Source of the DNA: an uncultured Candidatus Rokubacteria bacterium
GTDB lineage: Bacteria > Methylomirabilota > Methylomirabilia > Rokubacteriales > CSP1-6
DNA length: 64,000 bases
Direction of reading: 5' to 3'
NCBI GenBank assembly: GCA_963789955.1
Contig: CAWBMV010000017.1
Coordinates: 32,001 to 96,000, forward strand
Shown: positions 53,598 through 61,745 of the stretch, piece after piece
How positions within the stretch are numbered: position 1 is the stretch's first letter
Layout of the letters: every line of letters begins with the position of its first letter
The notes under the pieces: generated by a model
What the model was told of the DNA's origin: nothing
Database searches by the model: none
The model's input: the letters and a program-made list of their open reading frames with translations, nothing else
Translations under genes and position numbers: made by a program

Positions 53598-55333
53598 ACG
53601 CGGCGTGGGACTATCGGGATCCGCTGGAGCCGGCGCTGTCCGCCCAGGTGTCGGACAAGACGCTGATGGAGCACGTGCGCACGATCGGCGCTCTCGAGCG
53701 CGAGTCGGGCAGCCCGGGCGAGGCGCAGGCGTTCGACTACATCGAGCGCATGTTGAAGTCGTACGGCGTCGAGGTGGAGCGGCGCGAGATCGAGGCGTAC
53801 ATCAGCTTGCCGCTCGAGGGCCGCGTCCACCTGCCGGACGGCGGCGCGATCGAGGGGCTCACGCACTCGTTCTCGACGTCGGTCGAAGCGCTCGAGGGCG
53901 AGCTCGTCGACGTCGGCGACGGCCGCCCCGCCGATTTCGCGCGCGCGAACGCCGCGGGGAAGATCGCGCTCATCAACGGGCTCCCCGCCCCCGGCCGCGC
54001 CTGGGCCGCGCAGCGGGCGGGCACGCTCGGGCAGATCTTCGTGCTCATGGACCACCTGCACAACATGATCGTGACGACGATCTGGGGCACACCGTCTCCG
54101 GACACGGCGTGGCGGGTCCCGGCCGTGCCGTGCCTCTCGGTGCTCGGCACTGACGGCCAGCGGCTGCGCGCGCTGCTGGCGCGCGGACCGGTCACGGTGC
54201 GGATGACGACGCGCGTGCGCACGGGCTGGGTGCCGATTCCGCACCTGGTCGGCGAGCTCACCGGACGCCACGAGGACCGGTTCCTCCTGTTCTCGGGTCA
54301 CGTCGATTCCTGGCACTACGGCGCGATGGACAACGGGACCGCGAACGCGACCATGCTGGAGGTGGCGCGACTGCTCGCCGCCCGTCGCGATGCGCTCCGC
54401 CGCGGTATCCGTTTCGCGTTCTGGTCCGGACACTCGCACGGCCGCTACGCCGGCTCGGCGTGGTACGCGGATCATGCCTGGCGCGAGCTCCATCAGCGCT
54501 GCGTCCTGCATCTGAACGTGGATTCGACCGGCGCGCGCGGCGCGACCGACTATTCCGTCTTGCACGCGACGGAAGACGCGCAGCGCTTCGCCGAGACCGT
54601 CGTGGCCGACGTCACGGGCCAGCGGAGTCGCGGCCGGCGCTTCTCGCGCGCCGGCGACCAGTCGTTCTGGGGCGCCGGGGTGCCCTCGGCCTTCATGTCG
54701 CTCTCCGGGCTGCCCAAGCAAGACACCGATCTGTCGCGCGCCATGGAGCGCCTGGTCGGGAGCGCGGGCTTCCCCTGGTGGTGGCACACGAAGGACGACA
54801 CGATCGACAAGATCGACGCCGACGTGCTCGTGCTGGACACCAAGGTCTACCTGGCCTCGGCCCTGCGCTGGGTGAACGCGCCGGTCCTGCCTCTCGACCA
54901 CAGTCGCGCCGCGCGTGGCCTGCTGGCGGAGCTGGAGACCCTGCAGGCGACCGCGGGCTCTCGCTTCGATCTGGCGCCGGCGGTCGACGCCGCGCGCAGC
55001 CTGTGCGATCGGCTCGATCGTGTCGCGGCCGCCGTGGCCGGCATCGACGCCACCGCGCCGGCCGCGAAGCTCGACGCGGTCAACCGCGGCCTCATGCGTC
55101 TCTCGCGGGTCCTGGTGCCGCTGAGCTACACGAGCGGTGACCGGTTCACCCACGACCTGGCGGTGCCGCTGCCGCCGCTCGCCGGGCTCCAGAGCGTGCG
55201 CGAGCTGACGGCGCTCGATCCGGACACCGACGCGTTCAAGTTCGCGCGGGCGGCGCTGGTGCGGGAGCGCAACCGCGCCGTTCACGCTTTCGACACGGCG
55301 GCCTCGGCGGCCGACGACCTCTTGCGCCATTGA
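53594..55333 (+). CDS. M28 family peptidase with PA domain
   Basis: SGHVDSW, GAMDNGT, WSGHSHGRYAGS, LNVDS, WWWHT..DT. Confidence 0.85.
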   Translation: MNAAWDYRDPLEPALSAQVSDKTLMEHVRTIGALERESGSPGEAQAFDYIERMLKSYGVEVERREIEAYISLPLEGRVHLPDGGAIEGLTHSFSTSVEALEGELVDVGDGRPADFARANAAGKIALINGLPAPGRAWAAQRAGTLGQIFVLMDHLHNMIVTTIWGTPSPDTAWRVPAVPCLSVLGTDGQRLRALLARGPVTVRMTTRVRTGWVPIPHLVGELTGRHEDRFLLFSGHVDSWHYGAMDNGTANATMLEVARLLAARRDALRRGIRFAFWSGHSHGRYAGSAWYADHAWRELHQRCVLHLNVDSTGARGATDYSVLHATEDAQRFAETVVADVTGQRSRGRRFSRAGDQSFWGAGVPSAFMSLSGLPKQDTDLSRAMERLVGSAGFPWWWHTKDDTIDKIDADVLVLDTKVYLASALRWVNAPVLPLDHSRAARGLLAELETLQATAGSRFDLAPAVDAARSLCDRLDRVAAAVAGIDATAPAAKLDAVNRGLMRLSRVLVPLSYTSGDRFTHDLAVPLPPLAGLQSVRELTALDPDTDAFKFARAALVRERNRAVHAFDTAASAADDLLRH

Positions 55334-55383
55334 TCGCGCCGGGCCAGCCGGCAATTCGTGCCCCACAATCAAGGAGCCACCGC

Positions 55384-56973
55384 ATGCGGAATACTCTTCG
55401 TTCACGATTCTTGATCGGCTGCCTCGTGCTGGGGCTGGCGGCGACGCTCGTCCCCGCGGCCGGCGCGCAGAAGCGCGGCGGGACCCTGACGATCGTCCGG
55501 CCGACGGACCCGGTCTCGCTCGACCCGAACCTCGAGACCACGGCGCCCGGGGCGTGGGTCTACTTCAACATGCTCGAAGGGCTCCTGACCCTGGACGAGA
55601 AGATGCAGGTCAAGCCGGCGCTGGCGACGTCGTACGAAGTCATGTCGCCGACCAAGGTGCGCTTCAAGCTGCGGCCCGGCGTCAAGTTCCACGACGGCAC
55701 GCCCTTCAACGCGGCGGCCGTGAAGTTCACGTTCGACCGGGCGCTGCGCGGCAATCCGCCGGCGCGCTGGGCCAGCCTCGCGGGCTCGCTCGACGGCGCG
55801 GAGGTGGTCGACGACCTCACCGTCGACGTCGTGACCAAGGAGCCGTACGGCCCGATCTTGAGAACCCTGGCCATGTACTGCATGGGAATGGTCTCGCCGA
55901 CCGCCGTGCAGAAAATGGGCTCGGACTTCAGCCGGGCACCGGTGGGCACCGGGCCTTTCAAGTTCGTCGAGTGGAAGACCAATACCCACGTGATCATCGA
56001 GCGCAACAACGACTACTGGGGTGACAAGGCGCTGGTCGACCGTGTGGTCTTCAAGGTCGTGCCCGAGGAAGGCGCCCGCATGATCGCGCTGCAGACCGGG
56101 GACGCCGACATGGTGCTGTTCCCCTCGCCCGCCCAGCTGCCGGCGCTCCGCAAGGACCCGAAGTTCACCGTGCACGAGACGACCGGCATCCGCGTCGTCT
56201 TCGCCGGCTTCCACGCCGGCTTGCCGCCGCTCGATGACGTGCGCGTGCGGCAGGCCCTGCTCCACGCGGTCGACCGCAAGGCGATTCTCGACAACATCAT
56301 GGAGGGCTCGGCGGGGCCCGCGCTCGGCGTTCTGGCGCCCGGCGTGTTCGGCTTCAAGGACATGCAGCTCGACCGCCTCTATCCGTTCGATCGCGCGAAG
56401 GCGAAGGCGCTTTTGAACCAGGCCGGTTGGACGCCGGGCCCGGACGGGATCATGGTCAAGGGCGGCCAGCGGCTCTCGCTCTCGTGGCTGGCGGCGCGCG
56501 GCCGCTATCCGAAGGACGGCGAGATCACCGAGGCGATCCAGGCCATGTTCAAGGACGTCGGCGTCGAGGCCAAGGTGCAGGTGCTCGAGTGGGCCGCCGT
56601 GTTCCAGCAGGTTCGCGGCAATCCGCTGAACCACCACATGTTCACCTTGGGTTGGGTGACCTCGAACGCCGACGCGGACTATTCGCTCTACGCGCTCTTC
56701 CACAGTAAGCAGGTGCCGCCGGCGGGCTGGAACACGTCACGCTATTCGAACCCGCGAGTGGATACGCTCGTGGAGCAGGCGCGGCGCAGCTTGAACCAGA
56801 CCGAGCGGGAGAAGCTCTACTTCGAGGTGCAGGACATTCTCGGCAAGGAGATGGTGTGGATCCCGGTCTACACGACCAAGGAGATCATCGTCTCGCGTGC
56901 CGCCGTGAAGGGCTTCCACATCCACCCGGTCGAGTACAACCTGACCCTCTCGAAGACCTGGATCGACAAGTAG
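55384..56973 (+). CDS. Peptide/glutathione-type ABC substrate-binding protein (family 5)
   Basis: Signal peptide, SLDP, LRPGVKFHDGTPFNAAAVKF, PVGTGPF, VRQAL. Confidence 0.92.
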   Translation: MRNTLRSRFLIGCLVLGLAATLVPAAGAQKRGGTLTIVRPTDPVSLDPNLETTAPGAWVYFNMLEGLLTLDEKMQVKPALATSYEVMSPTKVRFKLRPGVKFHDGTPFNAAAVKFTFDRALRGNPPARWASLAGSLDGAEVVDDLTVDVVTKEPYGPILRTLAMYCMGMVSPTAVQKMGSDFSRAPVGTGPFKFVEWKTNTHVIIERNNDYWGDKALVDRVVFKVVPEEGARMIALQTGDADMVLFPSPAQLPALRKDPKFTVHETTGIRVVFAGFHAGLPPLDDVRVRQALLHAVDRKAILDNIMEGSAGPALGVLAPGVFGFKDMQLDRLYPFDRAKAKALLNQAGWTPGPDGIMVKGGQRLSLSWLAARGRYPKDGEITEAIQAMFKDVGVEAKVQVLEWAAVFQQVRGNPLNHHMFTLGWVTSNADADYSLYALFHSKQVPPAGWNTSRYSNPRVDTLVEQARRSLNQTEREKLYFEVQDILGKEMVWIPVYTTKEIIVSRAAVKGFHIHPVEYNLTLSKTWIDK

Positions 56974-56995
56974 GCTTGCGCGCCGGAGGCGGCGG

Positions 56996-57919
56996 ATGTT
57001 GACGTTCATCGTCCGCCGCCTCCTCCTCGCCGTGCCCGTGCTGCTCGGCGTGGTGTTCGTGGTCATGCTCACGGTCGATCTCCTGCCGGGCGACGCGGTG
57101 ACCTTGATGCTCGGCGAGCACGCCACGCAGGACGCCGTCGCCAAGCTTCGCGACCATCTCGGGCTCGACAAGCCGTTCCTCGTCCGCTACCTCGAATACG
57201 TCGGGCGCGTCGTGCGCGGCGACCTGGGCCGCTCGATCCAGCAGAACCGGCCGGTCGCCGCGGAGCTGGCCGACGCGTGGCCGGCGACCCTCGAGCTCAC
57301 GATCGCCGCGCTCGTGCTGGCGGCGGTCGCCGGCATCGTGGCCGGCGTCGCCTCGGCGGTGTGGCCGAACTCGATCTTCGACGCGCTTGCGCGCCTTGGC
57401 TCCTTGTTCGGGCTCTCCATGCCGATCTTCTGGACGGGCCTGGTGCTGATCGTCGTCTTCTCGCTCTGGCTCAACTGGCTTCCGGTCGGCGGCGCGGGCT
57501 CGCTGACGCACCTGATCCTGCCGGCGGTGACCCTGGCGCTGCCGTCGGTGGCGATGATCGCGCGGATGACGCGCGCGGCGGTCCTCGACGTGCTGCGCGA
57601 GGACTACGTGCGGACCGCGCGCGCCAAGGGGCTGGGCGAGTTCTGGGTGCTGGCCCGCCATGCGCTGCGCAACGCGTTCATCCCGATCCTCACCCTGCTC
57701 GGCTTGCAGTCGGGCCAGCTCATGGGCGGCGCCGTCCTCACCGAGACGGTCTTCGCGTGGCCGGGGCTCGGCCGGCTCATGGTCAAGGCGATCTTCGCGC
57801 GCGACTACATCCTGCTGCAGGGCGCGGTGCTCGTGTTCGCGCTCGCGTTCGTCGTGATCAACTTGCTGGTCGATCTCTCGTACGGCCTGCTCGATCCGCG
57901 GATCGGGCGTCAGGGATGA
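56996..57919 (+). CDS. ABC permease, DppB/GsiC-like
   Basis: GDLGRS, EDYVRTARAKGL, ETVFAWPGLG. Confidence 0.93.
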   Translation: MLTFIVRRLLLAVPVLLGVVFVVMLTVDLLPGDAVTLMLGEHATQDAVAKLRDHLGLDKPFLVRYLEYVGRVVRGDLGRSIQQNRPVAAELADAWPATLELTIAALVLAAVAGIVAGVASAVWPNSIFDALARLGSLFGLSMPIFWTGLVLIVVFSLWLNWLPVGGAGSLTHLILPAVTLALPSVAMIARMTRAAVLDVLREDYVRTARAKGLGEFWVLARHALRNAFIPILTLLGLQSGQLMGGAVLTETVFAWPGLGRLMVKAIFARDYILLQGAVLVFALAFVVINLLVDLSYGLLDPRIGRQG

Positions 57920-58037
57920 TGGCTTTGCGAGCCGCAGGACGTCGCGGGGCTGGGGCCCCGCCGTCCGAGGCGAGCCTATGATGGCTTCGCGAGCCGCAGA
58001 CGTCGCGGGGCTGGGGCCCCGCCGTCCGAGGCGAGCC
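57916..58037 (+). repeat. Tandem 62+60-bp duplication carrying REP-like copies 3 and 4
   Basis: ATGATGGCTT(T/C)GCGAGCCGCAG(G)ACGTCGCGGGGCTGGGGCCCCGCCGTCCGAGGCGAGCC twice. Confidence 0.9.
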
Positions 58038-58871
58038 ATGACCGCGTGGAAGCGGTTCTGCCGCAACCGCCTGGCGATGGTCGGCCTGGCGCTGATCGTG
58101 GTTCTCGCCGTGAGCGCCGCGCTGGCGCCCTGGCTCGCGCCCTACGATCCCGCGCGGCAGAGCCTGATCGAGAAGCGCGCGAAACCCGGCGGCAAGTACT
58201 GGCTCGGCGCCGACGAGTTCGGGCGCGACATCCTCTCGCGGGTGATCTACGGCTCGCGGGTGGCGCTCCTGGTCGGCGTGCTGTCGGTGATCATCGCGCT
58301 CACCGGCGGGCTCACCCTGGGCACGGTTTCCGGGTTCGCCGGCGGCTGGCTCGACGCGGTGATGATGCGCGGGATCGAGATCCTCCTGGCCTTTCCCTAT
58401 CTCCTGCTGGCCCTCGCCATCGTCGCGGCCATGGGGACGGGTGCCTTGAACACGACGATCGCGGTCGGCGTGTGGGGCATCCCGACCGTGACGCGGATGG
58501 TCCGCGGCTCGGTGCTGGCGCTGCGCGAGACGGAGTACGTGGGCGCTGCGCGCGCCCTCGGCGCGGCCACGCCGGCCCTGCTCCGGCGCCATATCCTGCC
58601 GAACGTCATCCCCGGGCTGGTCGTCTACGCGACGCTCTTCATGGCGAACGCGATCTTGCTGGAGGCCGCGCTGTCCTTCCTCGGTCTCGGCGTCCAGCCG
58701 CCGACCGCCTCGTGGGGACTGATGGTCTCGACCGGCCGCGACGTCCTGCTGGTCGCCCCGCACGTCGCGACGGTGCCCGGCGTCGCGATCATGGTGGCCG
58801 TGCTCGCGTTCAATCTCGTCGGCGACGGGCTTCGCGACGCGCTCGACCCCCGGATGCGCGGGAGCGCCTGA
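57978..58871 (+). CDS. ABC permease, DppC/GsiD-like (alternative start 58038)
   Basis: LGADEFGRDILSR, EYVGAARALGA, LSFLGLG, GDGLRDALDP. Confidence 0.92.
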   Translation: MMASRAADVAGLGPRRPRRAMTAWKRFCRNRLAMVGLALIVVLAVSAALAPWLAPYDPARQSLIEKRAKPGGKYWLGADEFGRDILSRVIYGSRVALLVGVLSVIIALTGGLTLGTVSGFAGGWLDAVMMRGIEILLAFPYLLLALAIVAAMGTGALNTTIAVGVWGIPTVTRMVRGSVLALRETEYVGAARALGAATPALLRRHILPNVIPGLVVYATLFMANAILLEAALSFLGLGVQPPTASWGLMVSTGRDVLLVAPHVATVPGVAIMVAVLAFNLVGDGLRDALDPRMRGSA

Positions 58872-58917
58872 GGGAGAGCCGTCGGCTCGGTGTATCATCC
58901 CTGCGAGGAGGTGTTCC

Positions 58918-59808
58918 GTGGCGGCTCGAAGGGAGCGTCCCTCTCTCCGTGATCTGATCCAACGTCCCACCCCCGTGACCGCGCCGCTGGTGCTGAATCC
59001 ATTGATGGCGCGCATGGCGGAAGCGGCCGGCTTCCCGGCGGGCTATCTGGGCGGCGGCTCGACCGGCTACCAGAAGGTCGCGCTCGAGGCGAACCTGAAC
59101 GTGACCGAGATGTGCCAGACGGCCGTCGACATCGGCGCCGTCTCGTCGCTGCCGCTCATCCTCGACGGCGCGTGCGGCTACGGCGACCCGATGCACATGC
59201 ATCGCACGATCGGCATGAGCGAGGCGGCCGGCTTCCAGGCGATCGAGATCGAGGACCAGCTCGTGCCCAAACGCGCCCACCATCACGCCGGCATCGAGCA
59301 CATGATCCCGTCGGAGCTGATGGCGGCCAAGGTGAAGGAAGCGGTGGCGGCACGGCGTAACCCGAATTTCCTCATCGTCGCGCGCACCAACGCGATCCGC
59401 GCCAGCAACATGGACGACGCGCTCCGGCGTGGCGAGGCCTACCGCCGCGCCGGCGCCGATCTTCTGCTGCTCTCGATGGCGCACAAGCCGGAGCAGCTTC
59501 GCACGATCTCGGAGCGGCTCGGCGGGCCGTTGATGTACCTCGCCGGCCGCGGCGGCCTCGCCGGGCTCGGGCTGAGCCTGGCGGATCTCGGCGGGCTCGG
59601 CTACAAGATCGTCGCCGATCCCTCGACGCCGCTCCTGGCCGCGTACGCCGCGTGGAAAAAGGTCTACGAGGAGCTGGCCGACGGATTCGGCGCGAACGTG
59701 AAGACGAAGCCCGACTGGAGCCCGGTCGAGAAGGACATGCTGGGCGTGATCGACCTCGAGAAGCTTCTGGCCATCGAGCGCGCGACCGTCGAGAACGGCA
59801 AGCATTGA
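58918..59808 (+). CDS. Isocitrate lyase/PEP mutase superfamily enzyme
   Basis: LILDGACGYG, IEIEDQLVPK, LIVARTN, AYRRAGAD; GAGGAGG RBS. Confidence 0.85.
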   Translation: MAARRERPSLRDLIQRPTPVTAPLVLNPLMARMAEAAGFPAGYLGGGSTGYQKVALEANLNVTEMCQTAVDIGAVSSLPLILDGACGYGDPMHMHRTIGMSEAAGFQAIEIEDQLVPKRAHHHAGIEHMIPSELMAAKVKEAVAARRNPNFLIVARTNAIRASNMDDALRRGEAYRRAGADLLLLSMAHKPEQLRTISERLGGPLMYLAGRGGLAGLGLSLADLGGLGYKIVADPSTPLLAAYAAWKKVYEELADGFGANVKTKPDWSPVEKDMLGVIDLEKLLAIERATVENGKH

Positions 59809-59818
59809 TGTGCGCGCT

Positions 59819-59859
59819 GCAGGCCGTCGCGGGGCTGGGGCCCCGCCGGCCGAGGCGCG
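59819..59859 (+). repeat. REP-like palindromic repeat, copy 5
   Basis: GCAGGCCGTCGCGGGGCTGGGGCCCCGCCGGCCGAGGCGCG, 10 nt after a stop codon. Confidence 0.85.
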
Positions 59860-59889
59860 CTTACGCCTATACATACACGGAGGTAGGCG

Positions 59890-61197
59890 ATGCTCTCGAG
59901 AGAAGACAACGAGCTGATGTGCCGGGTCGGACGCGGGACCGAGATGGGCGATCTTCTCCGCCACTACTGGATGCCGTTCCTTCCCTCGACGGAGCTGCCC
60001 GAGCCCGACTGCGCGCCGAAGAAGGTGCGCCTGCTCGGCGAGGATCTCGTGGCGTTCCGCGACACGCGGGGCCAGGTGGGGCTGATGGCCGCCAACTGTC
60101 CCCATCGCGGCGCGTCGCTCTTCTTCGGCCGCAACGAAGACTGTGGGATTCGGTGCGTCTATCACGGCTGGAAGTTCGACGTGTCCGGACAGTGCGTCGA
60201 CATGCCGAACGAGCCCGCCGAGAGCACCTTCAGGGACAAGGTCCGCGCCCGCGCCTATCCGTGCCGTGACGTCAACGGCGTGCTGTGGACGTACATGGGG
60301 CCGCGCGCCCAGGCGCCGGCGTTCCCCGCGTTCGAGGTCAACACCCTCCCGGCCGACCACGTGTACCCGCCGCTGATGATGCTGGAGGAGTGCAACTGGG
60401 TCCAGGCGCTCGAGGGCGACATCGATTCCTCGCACATCGACTACGTCCACGCCAAGCTCCACCCGGACGTGAAGCAGCGCGGCACGTTCCACCAGGACAA
60501 GCGGCCGCGCCTCGAGGTGCTGCCGACGGACTACGGCGCCTGCTATTCGGCGCGCCGCCGCTGGGACGTCGACGGCCTCTACTGGCATCGCATCACCCAG
60601 TTCATCCTGCCGTTCTATTCGATGATCGCCGCCAGCGACCCCAACACGGTCTCGGCGCGCGCGTGGGTGCCGCTCGACGACAACTACAACCTCCAGATCA
60701 TGATGCGCGGGCGGCTGGATCGGCCGGTGACGGACCAGGAGCGCGAGCTGACGCGCAACCCGTTCACCGCCTGGGGCGGCTATCTCGAGGCCACGAGCGA
60801 CCCGCACACGCGCTATTACACGAAGGCGAACATCCACAACGACTACCTGGTCGACCGTCAGCTCGCCAAGAAGGAGCTGATGATCGGCATTCCGTTCCTC
60901 GTCAACCTCCAGGACCGGGCGATGACCGAGACGATGGGGCCGATCTACGATCGCACGCAGGAGCACCTCGGCACGACCGACGCGATGGTGATCTACGTCC
61001 GGCGCCGGTTGATCGAGGCCGCGCGGGCGCTTCGCGAGCACGGTGTGGTCCCGGCGAACGTCGACGACGGCAGCATGTGCCGGGTGCGCCCGGCGTCCGT
61101 GCTGTTGCCCGAGGGCGACAGCTGGATCTCGGCGACCGAGAAGGCGCGTCAGTCGGATTCCGGCGTGCCGATCGCCTGGGTGCCCTTCGCGCAGTGA
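59890..61197 (+). CDS. Rieske aromatic oxygenase alpha subunit (phthalate 4,5-dioxygenase/LigXa-like)
   Basis: CPHRG...CVYHGW, CNWVQALEGDIDSSHIDYVH, QDRAMTETMG, EHLGTTD. Confidence 0.9.
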   Translation: MLSREDNELMCRVGRGTEMGDLLRHYWMPFLPSTELPEPDCAPKKVRLLGEDLVAFRDTRGQVGLMAANCPHRGASLFFGRNEDCGIRCVYHGWKFDVSGQCVDMPNEPAESTFRDKVRARAYPCRDVNGVLWTYMGPRAQAPAFPAFEVNTLPADHVYPPLMMLEECNWVQALEGDIDSSHIDYVHAKLHPDVKQRGTFHQDKRPRLEVLPTDYGACYSARRRWDVDGLYWHRITQFILPFYSMIAASDPNTVSARAWVPLDDNYNLQIMMRGRLDRPVTDQERELTRNPFTAWGGYLEATSDPHTRYYTKANIHNDYLVDRQLAKKELMIGIPFLVNLQDRAMTETMGPIYDRTQEHLGTTDAMVIYVRRRLIEAARALREHGVVPANVDDGSMCRVRPASVLLPEGDSWISATEKARQSDSGVPIAWVPFAQ

Positions 61198-61463
61198 CCC
61201 CGGTGGAGCCCGAAGACGACGGCGTCCGCGACCTGGCCTACTACGAGGCGGTGCCCTACCTGCTCGTGGTCGAGTCGGTGGAGCGCGGCGGGCGATGGCT
61301 TCGCCGGGCCGAGCATCCGGAGCTTCCCGGATGCTTTGTCGAGGCGGAATCCGCCGTCGAGGCCATGGAGAAGCTCGAGGACGAGCGCCGGCGCCTCATC
61401 AGGCAGATGTGGGATCGCGGAGAGCCGATTCCGGCGCCTCGCGCCCCGCTGCGCGGTATTTGA
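61194..61463 (+). CDS. HicB-like small protein
   Basis: YYEAVPY...AEHPELPGC..EAES..EA...GEPIPAP; GTGA overlap with the oxygenase stop. Confidence 0.7.
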   Translation: MTPVEPEDDGVRDLAYYEAVPYLLVVESVERGGRWLRRAEHPELPGCFVEAESAVEAMEKLEDERRRLIRQMWDRGEPIPAPRAPLRGI

Positions 61464-61589
61464 GCACGGCGCGACGAATGTTGATCGTCTGACACACGTG
61501 TAACTCTTACCTCGCGTAGCCGTCCGTTCCGACACGGCCCTTACAGCTCCAGGGCCGTACAAATCACCGCTTTGCCGCTCGGTGGCTCC

Positions 61590-61604
61590 TGGCACACGAG
61601 TTGC
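61590..61604 (+). promoter_or_regulatory. Sigma54 (-24/-12) promoter
   Basis: TGGCAC-ACGAG-TTGC with exact GG-N10-GC spacing, upstream of the ABC exporter. Confidence 0.6.
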
Positions 61605-61745
61605 CTTGCCATGACTCCAGGGTTCGGTCGTCCATCAAGAGGAGGGCCTGTTCGGTGCACGTCGAGTCGTCGCGTTTCCGCGGTTGGCGCGGCACCGGGC
61701 GTCACCGTATCGAAGCGCCGCCCTCTCGAGCCCCGCACGGATGAC

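Noticed and set aside
57916..58037. Mini CRISPR array
   Set aside because: The two units are adjacent near-identical copies with no unique spacers, and there are no cas genes.
61194..61463. Complete HicAB toxin-antitoxin system
   Set aside because: No hicA-like ORF on either side.
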